Source: Cyanobacteria bacterium P01_A01_bin.123 (GTDB lineage: Bacteria; Cyanobacteriota; Cyanobacteriia; Phormidesmidales; Phormidesmidaceae). Taken from it: a stretch of DNA of 64,000 bases. Made by a program: the position numbers and the translations under genes. The stretch lies in contig JBCBZT010000026.1 of NCBI GenBank assembly GCA_039815185.1, positions 44,205 to 108,204 of the forward strand. Direction: 5' to 3'. The notes beneath the pieces were generated by a model, which was not told the origin of the DNA, ran no database searches, and saw only the letters and a list, made by a program, of their open reading frames with translations. Shown here piece by piece: positions 41,253 through 51,826 of the stretch. The number at the start of each line of letters is the position of its first letter. Position 1 is the first letter of the stretch.

Positions 41253-42107
41253 ATGGTAATTACTCGGTCTCAATTCATTCGTAACTTAGCCCTTGGCCTC
41301 AGCGCGTCTTTAATGTTAGCCGCCTGTGGTGGGGCAACCAGTGATACTGCCAGCGAACCTACCGATGGTGCTGACGCCCCAGAGGCCACGGAAGCCCCAG
41401 AAGAAGCGACCGGGGGTGTCCTGACAGTTGCAACCGAACCAGCCTTTCCCCCCTTTGAATCTCAGGGAGACGATGGCGAACTTGAGGGATTTGATATTGA
41501 CTTGATGAACGCCATTGGCGAAGCGTCAGGGTTAGAAATTCAGTACGAAAGCTTGCCTTTTGACGGCATTATTCCGGCCCTCCAGGCCGGCACAGTTGAT
41601 GCCGCCATTAGCGCCATGACCATCACTGAAGAACGGTCTGAAACCGTAGACTTTTCTCGCCCTTATTTTAAGGCGGGCTTAGCGATCGCAGTGGCTGAAG
41701 ACAATACCGATATCGCCACCTTAGATGACCTTGAAGGCATGCAGATCGCCGTACAGATCGGCACTACCGGGCAAGGCCAAGCTGAGGAAATTCCGGGTGC
41801 TGAAGTCAGCACCTTTGACTCTGCCCCCTTGGCACTGCAAGAACTGGCCAATGGCAATGTTGACGCCGTGATCAACGATGCCCCGGTTACCCTAGACGCG
41901 ATCGCCTCTGGCAATATCAGCGGTCTAAAAGTCGTCGGTGAACTAGTCACCGAGGAGTTCTATGGCATTGCTTTGCCCCAAGGTTCTCCCAACGTTGCCA
42001 TCGTCAACGATGCCCTCAGTACGATGCTTGAAGACGGCACCTATGCTGAAATTTATCAAAAATGGTTTGGTGCTGAACCCCCTGAACTACCTGAATCAGC
42101 ATTTTGA
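41253..42107 (+). CDS. Basic amino-acid ABC transporter substrate-binding lipoprotein (family 3)
   Basis: Lipobox LAAC; TEPAFPPFE, GFDIDL, MTITEER, QIGTTG. Confidence 0.92.
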   Translation: MVITRSQFIRNLALGLSASLMLAACGGATSDTASEPTDGADAPEATEAPEEATGGVLTVATEPAFPPFESQGDDGELEGFDIDLMNAIGEASGLEIQYESLPFDGIIPALQAGTVDAAISAMTITEERSETVDFSRPYFKAGLAIAVAEDNTDIATLDDLEGMQIAVQIGTTGQGQAEEIPGAEVSTFDSAPLALQELANGNVDAVINDAPVTLDAIASGNISGLKVVGELVTEEFYGIALPQGSPNVAIVNDALSTMLEDGTYAEIYQKWFGAEPPELPESAF

Positions 42108-42208
42108 TGAAGTATGCTTTGGGCGATTTGCGGCTACGAGCTAGTCACCCATCCCTCAGCCTTGCTCAAAACAAAAGCTCCCTCTTAGCCCAAACACAGG
42201 TTTAGATC

Positions 42209-42258
42209 AAAAAAGCGTTGCAGTGGTCACCATTTCGGTTCACTGCAACGCTTTTTTT
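42209..42258. terminator. Intrinsic terminator (bidirectional type)
   Basis: AAAAAAGCGTTGCAGTG...CACTGCAACGCTTTTTT. Confidence 0.85.
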
Positions 42259-42296
42259 AAGCTTTGCAAAACCTTTATATAACCTTTATATAACCA
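42256..42296 (+). promoter_or_regulatory. Pho box (SphR/PhoB site), four units at 11-bp period
   Basis: TTTAAGCT, CAAAACCT, TATAACCT, TATAACCA at 42256, 42267, 42278, 42289; resemble the cyanobacterial CTTAACCT consensus; upstream of pstS. Confidence 0.8.
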
Positions 42297-42378
42297 AAAC
42301 TCCCCTAAGTCCTTAATCTTCAACGGCTACTTTGTCTAGTGGCCTGTTTATTTACCGTATTATCACGGAGTGTGTTGT

Positions 42379-43299
42379 ATGTTCAGTCGCCGTACTTTTG
42401 TTGGCACAACCTTGGCTGTTGCCGCAACTGCTGGTTTAGCGGTTCCCGCGATTTCTCAAAGCGGTACCGAAATCAAAATCGACGGTTCCAGCACCGTTTT
42501 CCCCATCACTGAAGCCATGGCCGAAGCTTACGGTGGAAACGTTACCGTGGGTGTATCTGGAACGGGCGGCGGTTTTCGCAAGTTCTGCGCTGGAGAAACT
42601 GATATCTCCAATGCGTCCCGTGAAATTAAAGAAGAAGAAATAGCAGAATGTGAGGCTAATGGCATTGATTACGTCAAGTTCGACGTTGCCTTTGACGCAA
42701 TTACCGTGGTTGTCCCCAACGATAGCCCCTTGGTTCAAGCAGACGGCAGCGTACTCCCTCTGACAGTTGAACAGCTCAACGTGCTTTGGCGTCCTGAGAG
42801 CCCAGCTAACACTTGGAGCGAATTGGATTCTAGCTGGCCCAACGAAGAAATCTCTTTGTATGGCCCTGGTACAGACTCCGGTACTTTTGACTACTTTACC
42901 GATGAAATCAACGGTGAAGAGGGCGCTAGCCGCAATGATTACGTTGCCAGTGAAGATGACAACGTCTTGGTGCTGGGTGTCTCTGGTGAAACCAACGCCC
43001 TAGGCTACTTTGGTCTGGCTTATTACGCAGAAAATGCTAGCGTACTCAAGGCTGTGCCCATTGATGCCGGTGAGGGCCCTGTTTTGCCCACGGCAGAGAA
43101 CGTGAACAACGGCACTTACACGCCCTTGTCTCGCCCCATCTTCATCTACGTCAATGCAGCTCGCTTAGAACCCGGTTCTGATGTTCACTCTTTCGTTGAG
43201 TTCTACCTCACCGAAGCTCGCGATAGCAGCATCATCCCTGAGGTGGGCTACGTTCAGCTCCCTGAAACGCAATACACTGCGTACCTCGACAGCCTCTAA
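42379..43299 (+). CDS. pstS: Phosphate ABC transporter substrate-binding protein
   Basis: [38 protein letters not shown]. Confidence 0.95.
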   Translation: MFSRRTFVGTTLAVAATAGLAVPAISQSGTEIKIDGSSTVFPITEAMAEAYGGNVTVGVSGTGGGFRKFCAGETDISNASREIKEEEIAECEANGIDYVKFDVAFDAITVVVPNDSPLVQADGSVLPLTVEQLNVLWRPESPANTWSELDSSWPNEEISLYGPGTDSGTFDYFTDEINGEEGASRNDYVASEDDNVLVLGVSGETNALGYFGLAYYAENASVLKAVPIDAGEGPVLPTAENVNNGTYTPLSRPIFIYVNAARLEPGSDVHSFVEFYLTEARDSSIIPEVGYVQLPETQYTAYLDSL

Positions 43300-43460
43300 G
43301 TCACCGGAGCTTGGGGCTTTTCTGTAGCAAACGCTCACAGATTTTTCACCTAATAGCAACGGTTAGTTCATTGAGCTGATGACGTTCTCTCACTCTGGGG
43401 AAAGCAGTACTGCTTTCCTCAGAGTCACTTGCATATTCATTCTTTTGCCTTACGGTTTCC

Positions 43461-44273
43461 ATGGCGCGTCATGCCGCTGCTTCCAGCCGTTTATCTTTTC
43501 TCTGGCGAATTCTCCGCCACCCTTTGGTGTGGATTTCAATCGGAGCACATGGCTTGTTTTTGATTGCTCCCATGCCTGAAATACCGACCACCTCACTTGA
43601 AGAGGAAGCTGTAGAAGAAGAACCGGAAGAGGAAGTACCTATCGACATTTTGAGCTTTTCTCCCCAACTTGCTGAACCCCAAGTTCAACAAGCCCCAATC
43701 GAACCCCAATCTGCCCCTAGACCCTCGTCTCAGCCGCCTGCACCCACTGAAGAGAATTTGGAACGTCAGCAGGACTTGGATGCAGAAGCACTTGACGATG
43801 AAACGTCCGTTGATGACGATGCGGGAGATGATCAACCTGATGGTCAGGATAATCCAGGACTTCCGTTTAGTTTTAGCGGAAACTGTGATCAGGTTAGCGG
43901 AAACTTTGACATTACTCGACCTCCATTTTGGCCTGATTTAGTTTCAGGCGAATTGGCCAGTCTTACCAACGACCAATTAACGCTGTTTTTTACCCAAGAG
44001 AGTGTAAGTAATGGTACTTATCAGGAGGTAGACGGGATTGATTGTCTCAAACTAATTAGCCGAGACGAAGCAACTTTCGTTAACACGACTTTGCAAGACA
44101 ACGCTACGCAAGCAAACCTGATCGTCGGAACACCAGAAACCTATGGTGGACAAACGCTACACAGGCTCTTGCAGGCAGATGGAGTTACACCTGCTTCATT
44201 TGTTACGACCATTCCCCTACCCCCTGCAAAAGTTCTTGTTTTAACCTGGAATATAGATCCTAGGATGCGTTGA
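43461..44273 (+). CDS. Hypothetical membrane-anchored protein with TonB-like N-terminal anchor and acidic/Pro-rich linker
   Basis: TM WISIGAHGLFL (S-x3-H) followed by Glu/Pro-rich spacer. Confidence 0.6.
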   Translation: MARHAAASSRLSFLWRILRHPLVWISIGAHGLFLIAPMPEIPTTSLEEEAVEEEPEEEVPIDILSFSPQLAEPQVQQAPIEPQSAPRPSSQPPAPTEENLERQQDLDAEALDDETSVDDDAGDDQPDGQDNPGLPFSFSGNCDQVSGNFDITRPPFWPDLVSGELASLTNDQLTLFFTQESVSNGTYQEVDGIDCLKLISRDEATFVNTTLQDNATQANLIVGTPETYGGQTLHRLLQADGVTPASFVTTIPLPPAKVLVLTWNIDPRMR

Positions 44274-44274
44274 G

Positions 44275-45342
44275 ATGAAGCAAGATCCCCAGAATTCTGT
44301 TGTCGGTTCCTTGATCAAGTGGCTCCACCCAATGTTTTTGGTAGCCGCTGGCTTGCACGGCTTTTTACTATTTGTGCCGCTGTCTTCAGAAGAAACCATC
44401 ACGGTACCAGAAGAAGAGGCCACGGAGGCAATTACAGTCAGTCGCATCCCCAACCCTCCAGCATCAAATACGCCCGAAAGAAGTGAGTCAGGACAATCTG
44501 CTTCATCACAGTCATCCGCTTCAGGTGCGCAAAGTAATAGCGGTGGAGCTGCGGCTAGTAGTGGGGCGAGTGCTTCGCGGCCTGGTAACGGCCGATCTAG
44601 CGAGGTAGAGGGAGGTTCTGGTGGTAGCAACCCCAATCGGGATGTAGAAAACGAAGTTGCGGATTTATCGAACGACAACGGTTCTAACAATAGCGATACA
44701 AACGACATAAGCGATACCGTAGCAGTTCGGGGGAACAACAATGCTGATGAGGATAATCGTGTTGATCCGCTGCTAGCTTATGCCAGGGAAATCAGCGATC
44801 GCGATCAGCGTCAGGTCTCTGATGCTCTATATGCCTATGTAAGAGCGCTCAGCTTAGCCTATGTCTATATCCCCGTTGACAATACACCAGCCGTCATTGA
44901 AAAAGATATTGAGGATTGGATCAATATCATCCGAATTCAGGCCAATCAGCCCAATCTGTCACCAGAGCGAATTGAAGATCCACTCACTATTGATTACCCT
45001 TTAATCACTTGCCTCACTCCCCCCCCGGAATCAGCAACCCTGGGCGTGCTGGTAGACGCTAATGGCGAAGTCATCCCAGTAGAAACGAGTGACGAAGAGA
45101 TGACGATAACAACGGCGATCGCACCCCTGACCGGGGAATTGAGCCCCAATACTGTGGCAAAGGTGATTAAAGGCACAGGCTATCGGGGTTTAGACCACAG
45201 AGCCCTCGAAGTAGTCAGTGAACAAGAATTTGAGGATGGCAATGAGGTTAAAGCCTACCTCTATGAAGTGCAGGTTAACTATGACGCTAATAACTGCATT
45301 GCAGTACCCAACCCATCTGGGCCAACAAATGCAGCTAATTAG
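44275..45342 (+). CDS. TonB-like protein (N-terminal anchor, low-complexity linker, TonB C-terminal-like domain)
   Basis: TM LVAAGLHGFLL; C-terminal VLVDANGEV...KGTGYRGLDHRALE resembles TonB_C. Confidence 0.6.
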   Translation: MKQDPQNSVVGSLIKWLHPMFLVAAGLHGFLLFVPLSSEETITVPEEEATEAITVSRIPNPPASNTPERSESGQSASSQSSASGAQSNSGGAAASSGASASRPGNGRSSEVEGGSGGSNPNRDVENEVADLSNDNGSNNSDTNDISDTVAVRGNNNADEDNRVDPLLAYAREISDRDQRQVSDALYAYVRALSLAYVYIPVDNTPAVIEKDIEDWINIIRIQANQPNLSPERIEDPLTIDYPLITCLTPPPESATLGVLVDANGEVIPVETSDEEMTITTAIAPLTGELSPNTVAKVIKGTGYRGLDHRALEVVSEQEFEDGNEVKAYLYEVQVNYDANNCIAVPNPSGPTNAAN

Positions 45343-45387
45343 AAATTAGAGCTGGATCAAGGTTTTTACAACCCGCCCAATCAGTCG

Positions 45388-46209
45388 CTAAACCAAAGCA
45401 CGATCAGTGAGGATGTCGTGTCCTGCCTCAGTGACTAGCACTGTATGTTCATACTGAGCTGATAGGGCGCGATCGACGGTGACTACCGTCCAGCGATCGC
45501 TGAGAGTACGAGTATGCCTTGACCCAGCATTGAGAATGGGTTCAACAGCTAAGGTCATCCCTGGATGGAGGGTCAAATTCGGCAGGCTGCGGGTGCGAAA
45601 GTTAAACACCGAGGGCGGCTCATGCAAATTTCGCCCGACTCCGTGGCCGGTGTAATCTTCCACTACGCTAAAGCCGCTGGCCTTAACTGCATCTTCGATG
45701 GCCCCAGCAATGTCTAGTAGAGTGTTACCCGGTTTGACTTGGGCAATACCCGCGTAGAGGGCAGCCTCGGCCGCTTCCATCAACTGTTTGGCTTTGGTGC
45801 TGACCTGGCCCACAGCAATGGTGATGCACGAATCGCCATGAAATCCTTCGTAGTAGGCACCCGTATCGACTTTCAGCACATCCCCAGATCGAATCACCTT
45901 GCGTTTACGGGGAATGCCGTGCACCACTTCGTCATTGACGCAGGCACAAATAGAGCTGGGGAAACCGTGATAGCCCTTGAAACTCGGGGTTGCTCCCATT
46001 TCACGAATGCGCTGCTCGGCGTAAGCATCCAAATCTGCCGTGGTCATGCCAGGTTCCACCCGTTCTGAGACTTCTTTGAGCACCGTCGCAACGATCCGCG
46101 CGGACTGACGCATGATGGCGATTTCAGCCTCAGATTTAAGTTCCACTCCCCGAATACGCTTACGAGGGCGGGGGGTAGCTTTTGAAATTAACTGGGTCAG
46201 GAGATTCAT
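45388..46209 (-). CDS. map: Methionine aminopeptidase type I
   Basis: [40 protein letters not shown]. Confidence 0.97.
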   Translation of the reverse strand: MNLLTQLISKATPRPRKRIRGVELKSEAEIAIMRQSARIVATVLKEVSERVEPGMTTADLDAYAEQRIREMGATPSFKGYHGFPSSICACVNDEVVHGIPRKRKVIRSGDVLKVDTGAYYEGFHGDSCITIAVGQVSTKAKQLMEAAEAALYAGIAQVKPGNTLLDIAGAIEDAVKASGFSVVEDYTGHGVGRNLHEPPSVFNFRTRSLPNLTLHPGMTLAVEPILNAGSRHTRTLSDRWTVVTVDRALSAQYEHTVLVTEAGHDILTDRALV

Positions 46210-46254
46210 TGAATGCTGGCTAGATTTGAGCGTTTTTAAGAGGGGAGTATTTTT

Positions 46255-46785
46255 TTAAGGTGCTGACACCGTCAATGTTCCGGTCATCCCTGCTTCGCGG
46301 TGGCCGGCAATTGAACAATACAGCGTGTAAGTCCCGGTTTTTAGCGGGATGAAGACCCACTCTGCCTCGCCGCCTGGCTTCAGCTCTACTTCGTGAATGG
46401 CACCTTTTACTTCTACTGCCCCGGCTTCTACTTTTTGTGTCCAGATAGCATCGGCAAAATCTTTTGCCGTGAAATAATGCTTTTGCGGACTGGGATTATC
46501 AAGCACTAGCTTATAGCGTTTTCCGGCTTCAAAGCTCAGTTCAGCGGGTTCAAACGTTAACTCACCCGCTGAGGATCCGAGATGAATTGACACCTCATCA
46601 GGTGATTGCTTTAGAGGCGCGATCGCTTGAGTCATCGCGAACTGAGTATTGGTAGCCAATTCTGTTGATGCCAAGGCTAAATTTGTCGGCAGGGCCATTA
46701 ACCCAATGACAACCCCAACAAGCATCAATCCAAAAATTCTGCCCAATCGCGATCGCACCTCAGATTCCACCACCCTAGTCATCAT
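46255..46785 (-). CDS. Exported cupredoxin (plastocyanin/azurin-like copper-binding protein)
   Basis: KHYF and YCSIAGHREAGM type-1 copper ligands; hydrophobic signal. Start uncertain. Confidence 0.85.
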   Translation of the reverse strand: MMTRVVESEVRSRLGRIFGLMLVGVVIGLMALPTNLALASTELATNTQFAMTQAIAPLKQSPDEVSIHLGSSAGELTFEPAELSFEAGKRYKLVLDNPSPQKHYFTAKDFADAIWTQKVEAGAVEVKGAIHEVELKPGGEAEWVFIPLKTGTYTLYCSIAGHREAGMTGTLTVSAP

Positions 46786-47043
46786 CTCGCTATCAATCTT
46801 TCGTCTTGAAATCTCTTGTCTTGTCTCATTTGTCTCATTATGCTTACCCCAAGAGCAGGCTGGAGTACACCCGTCAATCGAACCAAAGTCGAGGCTCAAG
46901 GGAAGCAACGCACTTTGCACTTCTTAATTACTTTAGGGTAAATCAATCGCCGATAGTAATTCTCAAAAAAACTTCGCGATTCACTCTGGCGCTTTTTTGC
47001 AATCATGTCGTATTATTATAGACCGTGTGCTTTTTAAGGCCTT

Positions 47044-47406
47044 ATGAACGCTGAGCAAATCATCCGCTCTATTGAAGCGGAACAACTTAAAGCGGATATT
47101 CCCACAATTTACGTCGGCGATACTGTCCGCGTCGGCGTCCGCATTCAAGAGGGGGGGAAAGAACGGGTTCAACCTTTCGAGGGAACCGTCATTGCCAAGC
47201 GTCACGGCGGCATCAACGAAACCATCACCGTCCGTCGTATTTTTCAAGGCGTTGGGGTTGAGCGGGTGTTTTTGCTTCACGCGCCTCGTGTAGCCAGCAT
47301 TAAAGTGCTGCGTCGCGGTAAGGCTCGTCGGGCTAAGCTTTACTATCTACGCGATCGCGTCGGTAAAGCAACCCGCCTAAAGCAGCGGTTTGACCGTCCC
47401 CTTTAA
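47044..47406 (+). CDS. rplS: 50S ribosomal protein L19
   Basis: [29 protein letters not shown]. Confidence 0.98.
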   Translation: MNAEQIIRSIEAEQLKADIPTIYVGDTVRVGVRIQEGGKERVQPFEGTVIAKRHGGINETITVRRIFQGVGVERVFLLHAPRVASIKVLRRGKARRAKLYYLRDRVGKATRLKQRFDRPL

Positions 47407-47502
47407 GCCGATTACATCTGGGGAAAGTTCAATTCTGAGCTTCCCTGAACTGCGTCGGCTATCTGCTCTACAATAGAGCATAGGCAAAGCCCTAGACACC
47501 TT

Positions 47503-47575
47503 GCGCTCTTAGTTCAGTTGGTAGAACGCAGGTCTCCAAAACCTGATGTCCGGGGTTCGAGTCCTCGAGGGCGCG
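47503..47575 (+). tRNA. trnW: tRNA-Trp (CCA)
   Basis: GCGCTCT/AGGGCGC acceptor stem, CAGGT-CTCCAAA-ACCTG anticodon arm, GTTCGAG T-loop; usual position before secE. Confidence 0.97.
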
Positions 47576-47689
47576 CTTGGGGCATGGGTAAAAGCCTACT
47601 TAAAGCTCTACGGAATCAGCAATGATTGCCTTAAAGGGCTTTGAGTAGGCTTAGAGTTTTTAACGCCTGCTAAACAGAGGTAACCTAAC

Positions 47690-47935
47690 GTGGTTAACAA
47701 AGACACCAAATCAGAACCCCAAAAAGGAGCTGTCGGCTCAGCTCCAACCGAAGGTGGGTTTCAGCTCAGTAGCTTCTTAGTGGGAACCAAAGATGAACTA
47801 AGCAAAGTTGTTTGGCCCAGTCGTCAACAGCTGATTAGTGAATCTATTGCGGTCATTTTGATGGTGACTTTGTCGGCCAGTTTGATTTACTTGATCGATA
47901 ACTTTTTTAGCTTTGTGTCTAGGCAGGTATTTTAG
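47690..47935 (+). CDS. secE: Preprotein translocase subunit SecE
   Basis: ELSKVVWPSR plus one TM helix; GTG start with GAGG RBS. Confidence 0.95.
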   Translation: MVNKDTKSEPQKGAVGSAPTEGGFQLSSFLVGTKDELSKVVWPSRQQLISESIAVILMVTLSASLIYLIDNFFSFVSRQVF

Positions 47936-48592
47936 ATGGTCTCGACATCGGACGATTTTAATTACCAAGAGCCGATGGAAGAACCGGTTCATGATTCAGG
48001 AGAAGAGGGAGAAGTCAAATTTTCTATCTCCCAAGCTCGTTGGTATGCTGTACAGGTTGCTTCCGGATGTGAAAAGCGGGTCAAGTTAAATCTGGAACAA
48101 CGCATTATCACCTTAGATGTTGCCGACCGTTTCTTCGACATTGAAATTCCCCAGACTCCTGCGGTCAAGCTCAAAAAGGATGGCAGTCGCCAAAATATTG
48201 ACGAAAAAGTCTTTCCAGGTTACGTCCTGATTCGCATGGTGATGGATGATGACGCCTGGCTTGTGGTCAAAGACACGCCCCATGTAATCAACTTTGTCGG
48301 TGCCGAACAGCGGCGACACTATGGACGCGGACGCGGGCACGTTAAGCCAATGCCCTTGAGCCATGCTGAAGTTGAGCGCATCTTTAAGCAGACTCAAGAG
48401 CAAAAGCCTGTGGTGAAAGTAGATATGGCTACAGGCGATAAGATAACGGTTTTGTCTGGGCCATTCAAAGATTTTGAGGGCGAGGTGATCGAAGTCAGCC
48501 CAGAGCGCAGCAAGCTCAAAGCACTTCTGTCCATCTTCGGACGAGACACCCCTGTCGAATTGGAATTTAATCAAGTGCAAAAAGAGAGTTAA
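47936..48592 (+). CDS. nusG: Transcription termination/antitermination factor NusG
   Basis: WYAVQVASGCE, FPGYVL, KOW SGPFKDFEG, SIFGRDTPVEL. Confidence 0.98.
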   Translation: MVSTSDDFNYQEPMEEPVHDSGEEGEVKFSISQARWYAVQVASGCEKRVKLNLEQRIITLDVADRFFDIEIPQTPAVKLKKDGSRQNIDEKVFPGYVLIRMVMDDDAWLVVKDTPHVINFVGAEQRRHYGRGRGHVKPMPLSHAEVERIFKQTQEQKPVVKVDMATGDKITVLSGPFKDFEGEVIEVSPERSKLKALLSIFGRDTPVELEFNQVQKES

Positions 48593-48595
48593 TCG

Positions 48596-49021
48596 ATGGC
48601 GAAAAAGGTCGTTTCCATTATCAAGTTAGCAATCCCTGCCGGGAAGGCTAACCCAGCGCCTCCCATTGGTCCTGCCTTGGGTCAGCACGGCGTTAACATC
48701 ATGATGTTCTGCAAAGAATACAATGCCAGAACTGCCGAGCAAGTTGGGCTTGTGGTTCCTGTTGAAATTTCAGTCTTTGAAGACCGGAGTTTCACCTTCA
48801 TTCTCAAAACACCGCCCGCTTCTGTCTTAATTAAGAAAGCCGCAGGCATCGAGAAAGGATCAGGAGAACCCAACCGAACAAAGGTGGCTTCGATTACCCG
48901 CGCCCAACTCCAAGACATTGCCCAAACCAAAATGCCTGACCTCAATGCCAACGATATTGACGCTGCCATGCGAATCGTAGAAGGTACCGCTCGCAACATG
49001 GGCGTGACTATCGCCGATTAA
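48596..49021 (+). CDS. rplK: 50S ribosomal protein L11
   Basis: [30 protein letters not shown]. Confidence 0.98.
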   Translation: MAKKVVSIIKLAIPAGKANPAPPIGPALGQHGVNIMMFCKEYNARTAEQVGLVVPVEISVFEDRSFTFILKTPPASVLIKKAAGIEKGSGEPNRTKVASITRAQLQDIAQTKMPDLNANDIDAAMRIVEGTARNMGVTIAD

Positions 49022-49079
49022 TGCGATGGTTGAATTAGGTTAGCCCTCTTTGTTCAAACGTTTCGTTGTATTGTTTATC

Positions 49080-49109
49080 GGGGGAGAAGCCTCGCTTCGC
49101 AATGACCCC
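49080..49109 (+). promoter_or_regulatory. Ribosomal protein L1-binding mRNA element upstream of rplA
   Basis: GGGGGAG-AAGC-ctc-GCTTCG-caatga-CCCC hairpin with internal loop just before the rplA RBS; this location is typical of cyanobacteria. Confidence 0.65.
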
Positions 49110-49120
49110 AAGGAGTAACC

Positions 49121-49837
49121 ATGGCTAAGAAAGTATCCCGTCGATTACAGGCCTTACTTGATAAGGTCGAAGATCGGCTCTATGAACCTCAAGAAGCATT
49201 GGGATTACTCAGGGAGACCGCAACCGCAAAGTTTCCCGAGTCCGCAGAGGCCCATATTCGCTTGGGAATAGATCCCAAATACACCGACCAACAGCTTAGA
49301 ACCACAGTCATCTTGCCAAAAGGTACCGGGCAAACTATTCGGGTTGCCGTGATCGCTCGGGGTGAAAAAGTCACTGAGGCTACCAATGCTGGGGCCGATA
49401 TGGCGGGTTCTGAAGAACTGATTGAAGATATTCAAAAGGGGATGATGGATTTTGATGTCCTGATTGCGACTCCAGATATGATGCCTAAGGTGGCTAGGTT
49501 AGGTCGTTTACTGGGTCCCCGTGGTTTAATGCCGTCTCCTAAAGGGGGTACAGTCACAGCTGACTTACCGACAGCCATTGAAGAGTTTAAGGCCGGTAAG
49601 TTAGAATTCCGGGCTGACAAAACCGGTATTGTTCATGTTATGTTTGGCAAGGCCAGTTTTGCTTCGGAAGATTTGCTGGTTAACCTTAAGGCATTGCAAG
49701 AGTGCATTGATCGCAATCGTCCTTCAGGCGCGAAAGGTCGATATTGGCGGACTGTTGCCGTCTCTGCCACGATGGGGCCTGCGATTCGCCTAGATGTCAA
49801 TGCACTGCGTGATCTAAAGCTAGCTGAGGTGGCTTAG
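49121..49837 (+). CDS. rplA: 50S ribosomal protein L1
   Basis: [33 protein letters not shown]. Confidence 0.98.
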   Translation: MAKKVSRRLQALLDKVEDRLYEPQEALGLLRETATAKFPESAEAHIRLGIDPKYTDQQLRTTVILPKGTGQTIRVAVIARGEKVTEATNAGADMAGSEELIEDIQKGMMDFDVLIATPDMMPKVARLGRLLGPRGLMPSPKGGTVTADLPTAIEEFKAGKLEFRADKTGIVHVMFGKASFASEDLLVNLKALQECIDRNRPSGAKGRYWRTVAVSATMGPAIRLDVNALRDLKLAEVA

Positions 49838-49944
49838 TCACTAGTGACATTTTAGACATCTAGGGAGGATGTTTAACTTAGGTTTTGTTGTTATTCCGTC
49901 ATTGATTAAGTACCGCCTATTGACCATTGTTGCAATTTAATAGG

Positions 49945-50100
49945 CTGCCGAAGACAGCAGGTGCGTTTGGTTTGACCCAGATGCTTAACTCCCTGCCGAG
50001 GTCGCACGCCGTAAATTAGCACTTGGGGTTGCCGGTGGCAACTTTAAACGCTTGATGGTTTACGGTAGCGAACCTCGGTAATTAAGCCGGGGTTTTTTGC
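49945..50100 (+). promoter_or_regulatory. L10 leader (rplJ autoregulatory RNA)
   Basis: CCGAAGACAGCAGG...TTAA...CCTGCCGAGG core followed by a terminator-like hairpin AACCTCGG..CCGGGGTTTTTT. Confidence 0.85.
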
Positions 50101-50177
50101 TGCACTGTTTGCTCGTTTGCTCGGCCAATGACCGGATCTAGTTTCAGACCCCAATATTCAAGGAGGTGAGATTCAAA

Positions 50178-50738
50178 ATGGGGAGAACGATTGAAAACAA
50201 AAAGGAGATTGTCTCAGAACTCAAAACGTTACTGAGCGATGCCCAATTAGCCCTAGTGATTGACTACAAGGGCTTGACCGTGGGAGAGATTACAGATTTA
50301 CGCAATCGGCTACGGGAAAAGGGAACGACTTGTAAGGTCACGAAAAATACCTTGATGCGCATTGCCGTAGAGGGGAATGAGACCTGGCAGCCAATGACCG
50401 AGTTTCTCAAAGATTCTTCGGCGTTTCTGTTAGTTCAAGATGACCTGGGTGGTGCCATTAAGGCCTATCAAGACTTCCAAAAAGCAACCAAGAAGACCGA
50501 ACTTCGCGGTGGCGTGATGGAGGGTCGGGCCTTAAGTGAAAACGATATTAAAGCGATCACCGATTTGCCCTCCAAGGAGGAGCTGATGGCTCGAATTGCA
50601 GGGGCAATTCAGGCCAACACGCGCAAATTGGCTGTTGGCATCAATGCTGTCCCGACGAAGTTGGCCGTGGGCATCAAAGAAGTGCCTGCTTCGCTTACCC
50701 GCGCTATCAAAGCGGTTTCCGAAAAAGAGGGTGCGTAG
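50178..50738 (+). CDS. rplJ: 50S ribosomal protein L10
   Basis: DYKGLTV, KVTKNTL, LPSKEEL; AGGAGG RBS before ATG 50178. Confidence 0.98.
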   Translation: MGRTIENKKEIVSELKTLLSDAQLALVIDYKGLTVGEITDLRNRLREKGTTCKVTKNTLMRIAVEGNETWQPMTEFLKDSSAFLLVQDDLGGAIKAYQDFQKATKKTELRGGVMEGRALSENDIKAITDLPSKEELMARIAGAIQANTRKLAVGINAVPTKLAVGIKEVPASLTRAIKAVSEKEGA

Positions 50739-50794
50739 TCCCTTTGTTTGCTGTTGATTATTCGTTTATTGCTTTTATCTAACGGAGTGTAACC

Positions 50795-51199
50795 ATGTCT
50801 GCTAAAACTGATGAAATTTTGGAACAGTTGAAGTCTTTGTCTTTGCTAGAGGCTTCTGAATTGGTCAAGCAAATTGAAGATGCCTTTGGTGTCGATGCTT
50901 CTGCCTCTGCGGGTGGCGGCATGATGATGATGGCACCCGGAATGCCTGCAGGTGGCGGTGCTGAAGCAGAGCCTGAGGAAGAAAAGACTGAATTTGACGT
51001 TGTACTCGAAGAGTTCCCCTCTGACAAGAAGATTGCTGTCTTGAAGGTTGTGCGTGCTCTGACAGGTCTGGGGCTGAAAGAAGCCAAGGAAATCGTGGAA
51101 GCTGCACCCAAGGCAATTAAAGAAGCAGTTGCCAAAGAAGCTGCAGAAGATGCCAAGAAGCAGCTGGAAGACGCTGGGGCAAAAGTCAGCGTTAAGTAA
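50795..51199 (+). CDS. rplL: 50S ribosomal protein L7/L12
   Basis: [30 protein letters not shown]. Confidence 0.98.
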   Translation: MSAKTDEILEQLKSLSLLEASELVKQIEDAFGVDASASAGGGMMMMAPGMPAGGGAEAEPEEEKTEFDVVLEEFPSDKKIAVLKVVRALTGLGLKEAKEIVEAAPKAIKEAVAKEAAEDAKKQLEDAGAKVSVK

Positions 51200-51219
51200 G
51201 TTCTGTCAAGTTCTGATTC

Positions 51220-51253
51220 AAAGCCCTTGGGTCTATGACGCCAAGGGCTTTTT
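51220..51253 (+). terminator. Intrinsic terminator after rplL
   Basis: AAAGCCCTTGG...CCAAGGGCTTTTT. Confidence 0.85.
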
Positions 51254-51488
51254 GTCTAATCCCACGATGCCAAAACGATGGCGTTATGACGCTTACAGCT
51301 ATGACTCCCGTGGAACACAACCGAACTTATCTGAGGAGTCAGTAACGAACTGAGAAGCTAGTTGAAGAAATGAGGTGTTTACTAATCCTTTTGGAAGAAC
51401 AATAGTCTGATGCGGCACTCATGGGAGTTAATAAAGAAAGAGTTAAGTACAAATACTCATGAAATGCATATGTGAATCTCCGCTCTCA

Positions 51489-51686
51489 ATGGCTTTGGTG
51501 CAAGTGCTACCGGAGCGCCTCAAAGCTCATTCATACACCATCATTGGGCTGGCTCAGGAAATCGCTCAAGAATTTGAGTGCCCGCTATGTGAAATCTTGA
51601 CACCCATGGGTGAGGCACTCATGGCGTTGGCGGCAGAGCATCAGGTTAGGTTTGACCGGAATCGGAAGCAGATCATGTTGGCCTAA
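51489..51686 (+). CDS. Small hypothetical protein with CPLC motif
   Basis: 65-75 aa ORF alone in its interval; family not recognised; start 51459 or 51489. Confidence 0.5.
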   Translation: MALVQVLPERLKAHSYTIIGLAQEIAQEFECPLCEILTPMGEALMALAAEHQVRFDRNRKQIMLA

Positions 51687-51826
51687 GGGAGGGCAAGCAG
51701 TCACTCCCTATCCCAATTTTCGGGTCGCCTGCTTAGGCAGTCAGTTCATTTGCTTACTGGGATTAATGGTATATGGTGTGATGTGAAGCAACGCATGCCA
51801 TTTTGGGCACCCAATAGCCGCTGAAG

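Noticed and set aside
47044..51199. Ribosomal protein/secE/nusG cluster as something unusual
   Set aside because: Gene order and leader RNAs are standard for cyanobacteria.
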